A stretch of 55,232 nt of DNA from a virus (IMGVR_UViG_3300021963_000158:1-55232); one strand, 5' to 3'; positions 19,733 through 26,344 are shown, counted from the stretch's first letter. The notes: a model not told the origin generated them from the letters alone. A program made the numbers and translations.

Positions 19733-19808
19733 TACCATACAAAAACACACCACTTTCTCTTTATATGCCACGGACGCCACGTGTACGGTGATGTGTTTTT
19801 GTATGGTA
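19733..19808 (-). repeat. 17-bp perfect inverted repeat that includes the ACCA end of tRNA-Lys
   Basis: arms 19733-19749 and 19792-19808. Confidence 0.8.
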
Positions 19809-19877
19809 GGGGTGCTCGGGAACGATCCGAGTTTTACTGGTTAAAAGCCAGTTACTTCACCTTAAAGTTTCACCCCC
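19804..19877 (-). tRNA. tRNA-Lys(TTT), atypical
   Basis: all stems pair; A8/U14; T-loop ATCGTTC. Confidence 0.85.
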
Positions 19878-19906
19878 GCTATCTTATCACTCTTGTCACT
19901 TGTCAT
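19862..19906 (-). CDS. 14-codon mini-ORF MTSDKSDKIAGVKL reading into tRNA-Lys
   Basis: strong SD AAAGGAG 7 nt upstream of the ATG. Confidence 0.5.
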   Translation of the reverse strand: MTSDKSDKIAGVKL

Positions 19907-19928
19907 GACAGATCTCCTTTAAAAAATT

Positions 19929-20003
19929 TGGTACCCGGAGCAAGATTTGAACTTGCGGCCAACGCCTTATCAAGGCGCTGCTCTACCACTGAGCTACCCG
20001 GGT
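19929..20003 (-). tRNA. tRNA-Ile(GAT)
   Basis: cloverleaf, CCA. Confidence 0.94.
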
Positions 20004-20007
20004 GCAT

Positions 20008-20084
20008 TGGTCGGCCCTGAGAGACTCGAACTCCCAACCTCTAGTTTCGAAGACTAGCACTCTAATCCATTGAGTTAAGGACCG
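20008..20084 (-). tRNA. tRNA-Arg(TCG)
   Basis: cloverleaf, CCA. Confidence 0.93.
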
Positions 20085-20149
20085 TAAAATTGTTGCCGGG
20101 TAGGTGCTCCGGCGCCGAATCGTCTTGATATTATCTCACGGCCCTTGTT

Positions 20150-20234
20150 TGGTGGAGATGATAGGGATCGAACCTATCGTGACCGAAGTCGGAGGAGTTA
20201 CAGTCCCCTGCCACACCATTGCGGCGGCATCTCC
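20150..20234 (-). tRNA. tRNA-Tyr(GTA)
   Basis: class II cloverleaf; C at position 8. Confidence 0.92.
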
Positions 20235-20239
20235 ATGTG

Positions 20240-20314
20240 TGGTACTCGATAGCGGAGTCGAACCGCTCTTGCCTGGATGAAAACCAGATGTCCTAACCGA
20301 TAGACGAATCGAGC
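20240..20314 (-). tRNA. tRNA-Glu(TTC)
   Basis: cloverleaf, CCA. Confidence 0.94.
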
Positions 20315-20324
20315 AAAATACTTG

Positions 20325-20397
20325 TGGAAGTGACAGGGATCGAACCTGCGACCTACTGGTTGCAAACCAGTCGCTCTCCCAATTGAGCTACACCCCC
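20325..20397 (-). tRNA. tRNA-Ala(TGC), CCA not encoded (CAA follows)
   Basis: G3:U70, cloverleaf. Confidence 0.93.
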
Positions 20398-20403
20398 ATA
20401 AAC

Positions 20404-20479
20404 TGGCTCCCCAACGTGGGCTCGAACCACGGACCAACAGATTAACAGTCTGCTACTCTACCGACTGAGCTATTGGGGA
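20404..20479 (-). tRNA. tRNA-Asn(GTT)
   Basis: cloverleaf, CCA. Confidence 0.95.
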
Positions 20480-20490
20480 ATACACAAAAT

Positions 20491-20660
20491 TGGTTGGCTG
20501 TGCTCTGCACATTTAATCGTTCCTGCTTGACGTTTTGCTTTCGCGTGTCTTGCGTTTTAAACGAACCATAATTAATCGTTGCCTCACCTAAGTGCCCTAG
20601 TTCCTCTAGGGCTTTACCGCTGTTCCTCAGCGGACCTAAATGCTGTTTACTTCAGCAACC
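20491..20660 (-). ncRNA. candidate ~170-nt structured RNA with AGGAA-loop hairpins
   Basis: terminal helix GGTTGCTG/CAGCCAACC; two hairpins with AGGAA loops; lies between tRNA-Asp and tRNA-Asn. Confidence 0.55.
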
Positions 20661-20665
20661 GTATT

Positions 20666-20740
20666 TGGCGGTCTGTGGGGGAATCGAACCCCCGTAAGTG
20701 GATAGACAATCCACAGTAATAACCTCTATACGAACAGACC
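20666..20740 (-). tRNA. tRNA-Asp(GTC)
   Basis: cloverleaf, G73, CCA; U37. Confidence 0.92.
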
Positions 20741-20748
20741 AAAATCTA

Positions 20749-21013
20749 CTATTTTAAAAAGTACTATAGGGAGGATATAAACTCAGCACCACCTGTTAGT
20801 TTACATTTTTTCTCATTACAGCCCACTGTTTATTCTGTCGCATTCCCGGAAGATGTTCCCTATTTCAACCGCTCGTTGCCTTTGGTATAGGCTCAGGTAT
20901 CTATTTCGGGCTTCCTGCTTCATGGGTATCAAGGCCGTGTACCGAAGTACTTCTGAAACACCTTTTCGTTCACCCCTAACAGAGTAGGTAACCTATAATA
21001 CGTTTTAAAATAG
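20749..21013 (-). ncRNA. candidate ~265-nt structured RNA closed by a ~22-bp terminal helix
   Basis: CTATTTTAAAACGTATTATAGG / CCTATAGTACTTTTTAAAATAG; internal UUCG hairpin; CTGTTAG/CTAACAG pairing. Confidence 0.55.
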
Positions 21014-21058
21014 CAACCCCTGCGGGTTACTTAAAACAACAACTTTTTAAAGAACATT

Positions 21059-21226
21059 TAGTTAATTTCCTAACTAGCTTCTAGTATAGCACTTTTGCCT
21101 TTATGGCACAACCTTTTTATGTGTTGTATTTTTGCTACACCGTCCGCTAGTTAATTTCCTAACTAGTCTCTATTGTATAGCAGATGCCTTTATTGGACAA
21201 CCATTATTTTGTTGTATTTTTACAAC
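21059..21226 (-). promoter_or_regulatory. tandem duplicated promoter cassettes (TTGTCC-17-TACAAT; TTGTGC-17-TATACT)
   Basis: 89-bp period; 19-bp direct repeat at 21059-21077 and 21148-21166; upstream GTTGTATTTTT boxes. Confidence 0.7.
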
Positions 21227-21231
21227 ATATA

Positions 21232-21309
21232 TGGAAGTGCGGGTCGGATTTGAACCGACGGTTTTGCGGATTTGCAATCCACTGCATTGGGCCACTCTGC
21301 CACCGCACT
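21232..21309 (-). tRNA. tRNA-Cys(GCA)
   Basis: cloverleaf, U73, CCA. Confidence 0.93.
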
Positions 21310-21315
21310 ATATTA

Positions 21316-21566
21316 TGGTACTCCTTGGTTCCTAGGTGATGCCCGGCCTGCCGTGGGCGCCTTTCCTTGGCGCTCGGCATGTTCATCCTCGGAGTATTCT
21401 AAAGCATACGTGGTTATATGCTTTAGAATACCCTGTGCTGACACAGGATATGATAGGGTTGATGCCCTACCCAGGAGTCTATTGTTCCACATATGGAACT
21501 CCATGTATCCTGTCCGCCCGTTTAGCTTGTTTAATGTGTTGCCTGGGACCTCGTTTCCCATTCCAC
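21316..21566 (-). ncRNA. candidate structured RNA domains between attenuator terminator and tRNA-Cys
   Basis: multiple GC-rich nested stems separated by a 14-bp AT-rich hairpin (21395-21430). Confidence 0.45.
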
Positions 21567-21568
21567 AT

Positions 21569-21603
21569 AACAAAAAACCCTAGGGTTTTTAGTCCTAGGG
21601 TCC
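21569..21603 (-). terminator. intrinsic terminator (putative attenuator)
   Basis: GGACCCTAGG-ACTAAAAAC-CCTAGGGTTT plus TTTGTT. Confidence 0.85.
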
Positions 21604-21628
21604 TTGAAGTTTGTTGTGAACTTGTGTG

Positions 21629-21769
21629 TTACACTACCATCTCCTGGACCCTAGATTTTTCTGAACCACGATCATTACTAAACATCGGTGCACAGATCGT
21701 TGACCAATAGGCTAACAAGCCTGTTGTGGGCAACGTATGCTGTGTGGATTGTTTAATAATTTGCGTCAT
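21629..21769 (-). CDS. putative attenuator leader peptide, 46 aa, containing all 20 amino acids
   Basis: MTQIIKQSTQHTLPTTGLLAYWSTICAPMFSNDRGSEKSRVQEMVV; ATG at predicted start site; anti-terminator segment within codons 39-42. Confidence 0.7.
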   Translation of the reverse strand: MTQIIKQSTQHTLPTTGLLAYWSTICAPMFSNDRGSEKSRVQEMVV

Positions 21770-21775
21770 GTCCGT

Positions 21776-21804
21776 ATTATAACTTCTTTTTTGTTTCTTG
21801 TCAA
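21776..21804 (-). promoter_or_regulatory. consensus sigma70 promoter TTGACA-17-TATAAT
   Basis: perfect consensus; 6 nt to ATG. Confidence 0.85.
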
Positions 21805-21869
21805 CGCTTTTGGGCGTTAACATAAAAATATTTATTTTGTTGCTACCACCATTGATAGCAATTTCATGT

Positions 21870-21898
21870 ATTGTAGTTTATTTAGCATTTGTTGTCAA
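21870..21898 (-). promoter_or_regulatory. sigma70 promoter TTGACA-17-TACAAT
   Basis: motif match; second promoter upstream of the leader. Confidence 0.65.
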
Positions 21899-21935
21899 CC
21901 ACGGTGTTAAATGGGGTAATTGTAGTGCTTTTGTA

Positions 21936-23201
21936 TTAAGCTTCTGTTACGTTGTGCTTCTTAAACTCGTTAACTAACCAAGGAAACACCTCACGCCAAT
22001 TTGTATTACGTCTACGATCCATTTCAGTTAAAAAGTCGTGCATTTTTTGTATTTGATCAACTCTTGGTCCTGTGCTAGCTGATTGCTGTGCTATGCCACG
22101 CAGGTAATCTTTGTTTGAAATTTGTTCAGGAAATTCAGTGGGCTTTAATGCCAATGCACGATCAAAATCTTCGGCAAATATGTCTCCAAAAATGTCAATG
22201 AAGAACGGGCTAGGCCCATTTACTGAATTTTGATAATGGTATACCGGACGCACAGAATTCCACTCATTGATTTTTATCAATAGTTCAGGCAAGGTTTTGA
22301 TAGTTAACGGAGTCACTGTAGAACTAATAATCAACTTAATCCAACGTTGTGACACTAGATAGTTAAAGTTTTCTTCCCATACTTTTAAGTCCAGAGGGAA
22401 TCTTACATATTCCTGTGCGGCTCCCCAACAATCTAAACTAGCAGTAATGTCCAACCCAGCAATTTTTTTACGTGCCACTAAATTACGTATACGTGTGACT
22501 ATTTTTTGTAAGTGTGGCAGTTTGGCGTTTAAGTTGGTAATGATCTGCAACTTTAAATTAGGTGCAGGATAATTTTCAAATAAATCCAAGCATTGTTCTA
22601 ATTCTGGCTGGAACAACGGTTCGCCGCCCAGGATATTAAAATTTGTTAACTTACTTCCATTATCTTTGAGCCAATCAAAAATTTTAACTTTGTTTGCTTC
22701 TATATGCGAGCTTTTTTGAAACTCATCAGAAATACGTAGGTCGCCTTTAGTAAAATACCCATGACGTTTGTTTTCTGCATCCCATAAAGAACTAAATGTG
22801 GGTCCGCAGTAAACACATTTTAAATTACAAGTATTGTCGAAATAAATTTCAAGAATCCTAGGAGTCACTGTTGTTGCAGTGGGATCTATATCTAATTCTA
22901 CCGGGGCATGAATGCCTGGAAAATTATTATTAGTGATTCTATCGCTTTGGCCGCCGGCTGTCTCAATGTCACGGCAATAGTTGCAACCAATTGTGGGCCA
23001 TTGCCCATCGAGCATGCGTTCTCTATCGTTAATCTTTGTGGGAGTATTGTGAAAATTGAAACTGCTAGTGTCGAACGTATGTTTATTCGTTCTATGACAA
23101 CTAGCAGTTTCATCTGTGGTCAGGAACAAAGTGCTCCATGTCCACTTTAATTGGCAAGCAGTTTCCGTTTTAATCGGGAATACTTTTTGCGGTAATGACA
23201 T
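21936..23201 (-). CDS. radical SAM protein with N-terminal SPASM/twitch-like domain
   Basis: CNLKCVYC, GGEP, N-terminal C..KW...SCH...CNYC. Confidence 0.9.
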   Translation of the reverse strand: MSLPQKVFPIKTETACQLKWTWSTLFLTTDETASCHRTNKHTFDTSSFNFHNTPTKINDRERMLDGQWPTIGCNYCRDIETAGGQSDRITNNNFPGIHAPVELDIDPTATTVTPRILEIYFDNTCNLKCVYCGPTFSSLWDAENKRHGYFTKGDLRISDEFQKSSHIEANKVKIFDWLKDNGSKLTNFNILGGEPLFQPELEQCLDLFENYPAPNLKLQIITNLNAKLPHLQKIVTRIRNLVARKKIAGLDITASLDCWGAAQEYVRFPLDLKVWEENFNYLVSQRWIKLIISSTVTPLTIKTLPELLIKINEWNSVRPVYHYQNSVNGPSPFFIDIFGDIFAEDFDRALALKPTEFPEQISNKDYLRGIAQQSASTGPRVDQIQKMHDFLTEMDRRRNTNWREVFPWLVNEFKKHNVTEA

Positions 23202-24100
23202 TACACAGTAACTGGGGTGTACTCAATGCCGGTGGTAGCAAGACCAACAAGACCGATTGCAGTTTCGAATGTGGCCAACTCGCTGGCAATAACCAATACG
23301 TCTGCTTGACTATATTTGTTACCATTCATCCAATTTGTCAATGCTGTTACATCATCTAATGTAGCAGTTGTGCCGGTTACATTCTTGTAAACATGTTTGA
23401 TGAATGTTTCATCGCTGACACCGCCGGCATCAGTTTTGTAAGTGTCAGTGGCCAATAATGCTTCTGCCAATTGTTTGTTAGTCCAACCTGCGTCAGCAAG
23501 GTGGATGCCAATGCCTGTGTAGGCCTTGGTAACGTCGGCTGTGCCAAGAGCGGCCGCTAACAATGCATACACATCACCTGCACGACCTGCGGCATCATAA
23601 GCAACGGCCTTGTCTGTGAATACTACACGTTCGTGGTCAGCAAGATTGAATTCCATGTTGCTGACTAATGTGCTGGCTAAGTTTACTTTGTCGGCAGTTT
23701 TAGTTGTTGTGTACTCAGTACTAGCACCACCCATGGTGTAAGTGTCGATACCAGCAGTACCGGTAACGTCAACTTGAATATCAACTGTGCCATCGCCGAC
23801 ACGGCCTGTACCTACTACACCGAATGTAGCAATCTTACCTGCTGTGCCAACTGTGGCCACAGTAACAATCAAGTTATTAAGATTAGTACCACCCAGGGCT
23901 GTACCAGCAAGAGTAATTGTGTCACCTGCAACATAACCTGTGCCTGCACTCGCCGCTAATGAATCGAGAACAACAGAATATGTTCCGTTGGTTTTTGTAA
24001 CATCAAATGTAGCACCGTCGCCACTTCCGCCTGTTAAGCCAGTAACATTTTGGTATGTAGTGTTAACTGCCTTGTCTTTGATTGTAATTGTAGTAGTCAT
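23201..24100 (-). CDS. Thr/Gly-rich beta-strand protein with C-terminal DUF4214/S-layer-like region
   Basis: GTGYVAGDTITLAG; SDETFIKHVYKNV...W...SQADVLVIASE. Confidence 0.55.
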   Translation of the reverse strand: MTTTITIKDKAVNTTYQNVTGLTGGSGDGATFDVTKTNGTYSVVLDSLAASAGTGYVAGDTITLAGTALGGTNLNNLIVTVATVGTAGKIATFGVVGTGRVGDGTVDIQVDVTGTAGIDTYTMGGASTEYTTTKTADKVNLASTLVSNMEFNLADHERVVFTDKAVAYDAAGRAGDVYALLAAALGTADVTKAYTGIGIHLADAGWTNKQLAEALLATDTYKTDAGGVSDETFIKHVYKNVTGTTATLDDVTALTNWMNGNKYSQADVLVIASELATFETAIGLVGLATTGIEYTPVTV

Positions 24101-24183
24101 TGAATTTTCCTTATGTTGAATAATGATTAAGTATATAGTAGTTTCACTAAGAAGTCAAAAATAAATTTAACCATTTTAAATGG

Positions 24184-24269
24184 TGGTAGAACGGGTGGGA
24201 TTTGAACCCACAATGTCTTTCGAACTGGATTATGAGTCCAGGGCCTGCAACCAATACGGCGTCCGTTCT
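24184..24269 (-). tRNA. tRNA with CAT anticodon and long variable arm (Ile2/Met, identity uncertain)
   Basis: AGAACGG/CCGTTCT acceptor, CTGGA-CTCATAA-TCCAG, 13-nt variable region, A73, CCA. Confidence 0.85.
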
Positions 24270-24927
24270 ATTTAAAACTTTTACCATGTTGACGATTTTG
24301 ATTATACTCATCAACATACTTTTTCCAAAGCATACACAATCTAGGTTGGGTAGTATTGTTAGCTTCGGCAAAGGCACATATTGAATTATACTTTGATTCT
24401 TTAAATTTGTCAAATAGTTTGTTAGCCAATATTTTTGCTTCTTCTTTTTTGCGACCATAAGCGGCCTTTTTGTAATCAAATTCAGGATCTTTGATTGGTT
24501 TATCAAAATTTACTATTCTACCTTTTTGCCAACCAGTAGGAATGGTTTCTGTTTTACTAATTTTTTTATTTTCCTTAAGAGACTTATTACAAATCCACAT
24601 CGATCCGAATTGAGTGTTTCCTGTTCCTGTTTGCCGAATCGACATAGAGGCCGAAAGTCTTCTTTTCAACCATCCGTAGAGTTTATTTGAAGGTCTACTG
24701 GGAATCATCATAACAGCAGCATTAATTAACTTATGACTTGATGGATAAATTTTAACCAGTAATTGGTGCGCTACATAATGCTCTTCGGGGGTTAGACGCA
24801 CAAGATTTTCTATAGAATCAGATCCGCCCATGCACCTAGGTATAACATGATGCAACTCCGTATAACCGTCTATGTTACGATTTTTTGCTTTTTCTATTAA
24901 TCTAGAATAGTGTAACTCATAATTCAT
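24268..24927 (-). CDS. HNH homing endonuclease
   Basis: HHVIPRCMGGSD...NLVRLTPEEHYVAH. Confidence 0.9.
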   Translation of the reverse strand: MNYELHYSRLIEKAKNRNIDGYTELHHVIPRCMGGSDSIENLVRLTPEEHYVAHQLLVKIYPSSHKLINAAVMMIPSRPSNKLYGWLKRRLSASMSIRQTGTGNTQFGSMWICNKSLKENKKISKTETIPTGWQKGRIVNFDKPIKDPEFDYKKAAYGRKKEEAKILANKLFDKFKESKYNSICAFAEANNTTQPRLCMLWKKYVDEYNQNRQHGKSFK

Positions 24928-24951
24928 ACTTTATTTATATGAATTATGAGT
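24915..24951 (-). promoter_or_regulatory. 14-bp hairpin enclosing a TATAAATA late promoter and sequestering the HNH start codon
   Basis: ACTCATAATTCATA / TATGAATTATGAGT perfect inverted repeat. Confidence 0.75.
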
Positions 24952-24961
24952 AATTTAGCTG

Positions 24962-26344
24962 TCAAGCAGGACGGAAGTCAAACACGTATTTTTGGTTAAT
25001 ACCGGATGCGTAGTAGCTCTTACCTGCTACGAGTACAATAGTACCCTGAAAGTTTGGCGGATATACTGCGTTGAATCCGGTAATAGCAACATCTTCGCCA
25101 TTGGCTCGAGCACTGGTATACATCTGCATCATACTAGCGTAGTTTAGAAATTCAATACATCCATTGCTAAAGTCTGGTGTTGAGTTTACACGTTCTGCCA
25201 CAGCGGCGGCCACGGCACTCATAACCCAATAACCATAATTCCATCCTTGTGCAGATTTCATCTTAAATGCATCAGTCCAAGGCTTGGTCCACTCTGGAGG
25301 ATTTTCGGTAGTGTGTGCTCTAATCATGCGAACAACGTCTTGTGCTTGTTCTTCTGTAATTAATTCAAAACTAATAGCTAGCTTCAACGGGCCATCAATC
25401 ATTGATGCTCCAGAAATAGTCTTAACAATGTTGGCCGCAATAGGATATTCTGCTTCTAAATCTTGATTAGCGGCTTTTGCATTAGCAATACCCTCAAGTA
25501 AATTCTTAACACTAGCAGGGGCACCTTTGCCGCCTTTACTACTAACACCCAAACTAAATTTACCAGAACGTAGATAAAAATCTACTAGTCCGTATGTTTT
25601 ACCACCCGGGAAGTGTATCTGAAGTTTATTCCATGGTGCATCTTTTAGAATTTGTTTTCTAGCATCGTCGGCTTCTCCGCCAACTATACCATAAGTCAAT
25701 GCAATACTTTGTAATACTTCGCCTAGATTATCACGTATGGCTTCGAGGTTGGCCTTTTCGCCTGTAAATACCGGAAGTTGTTTTTTACCCATCATTGCAA
25801 TACCTTCAATGATGTTAGGGGCAACTGTTGTTACGCCTTGTATATGTTGTAACATTGCCGCACCATTGGTAAATGTATCTGTGGCGCCCAACAAGTCTTG
25901 TGGTTTAAATCCTGCACGAGCTTTTTTACTTGCTTTGAGTTCGGGGCGCAGGCCAGGCAATTCATCGTTGTCCCATTTGTGCATCATACTGGGAAGAATC
26001 TCTTCAAAGTATTTGCCAAAGTATAAAGGTTTATTGTTTGGCCCAACAAACTGTGCAAGTGCAAACCCACGATGACGTGACGTTGGTTTATTTGCCCAGA
26101 CAATCGGGTTGCCTGCTTGTGCAACTGCCTGCTGATCAACATGTGCTACATCAGCGGTTAAAGAATCTGCATCCGGGTATTTGCCCACCGGGGGATAACT
26201 TTGTACACCCTGGAATTGGTAGGGGTCGCCTTGCGTGGCTTTAAATGTGTTACCCACAACTGCGGTAAATGGAGGATCGTTGGGACTACGTGCATAGATG
26301 CCGCGGCCTTCAAGTAAAGTAGTGATAACGTCAGAAATTTTCAT
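24962..26344 (-). CDS. hypothetical protein, putative internal virion protein
   Basis: MKISDVITTLLE N-terminus; ATAAATA upstream. Confidence 0.7.
   Translation of the reverse strand: MKISDVITTLLEGRGIYARSPNDPPFTAVVGNTFKATQGDPYQFQGVQSYPPVGKYPDADSLTADVAHVDQQAVAQAGNPIVWANKPTSRHRGFALAQFVGPNNKPLYFGKYFEEILPSMMHKWDNDELPGLRPELKASKKARAGFKPQDLLGATDTFTNGAAMLQHIQGVTTVAPNIIEGIAMMGKKQLPVFTGEKANLEAIRDNLGEVLQSIALTYGIVGGEADDARKQILKDAPWNKLQIHFPGGKTYGLVDFYLRSGKFSLGVSSKGGKGAPASVKNLLEGIANAKAANQDLEAEYPIAANIVKTISGASMIDGPLKLAISFELITEEQAQDVVRMIRAHTTENPPEWTKPWTDAFKMKSAQGWNYGYWVMSAVAAAVAERVNSTPDFSNGCIEFLNYASMMQMYTSARANGEDVAITGFNAVYPPNFQGTIVLVAGKSYYASGINQKYVFDFRPA

Noticed and set aside
20749-21013. RNase P RNA or group I intron
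   Set aside because: Lacks the GAGGAAAGUCC P4 motif and recognisable P7 elements.
19781-21710. ORF-track entries overlapping tRNAs/ncRNAs (19781+, 20198-, 21132+, 21204-, 21272+, 21313-, 21336+)
   Set aside because: Read-throughs of structured RNA genes with no SD or protein motifs.
21770-21823. 64-aa version of the leader ORF
   Set aside because: The upstream ATG lies before the consensus promoter and has no SD; it could be used only from the 21870-21898 promoter.
24181-24186. CCACCA degradation tag on the long-arm CAT tRNA
   Set aside because: Single genomic occurrence; the tag is normally added after transcription, so this is probably chance.
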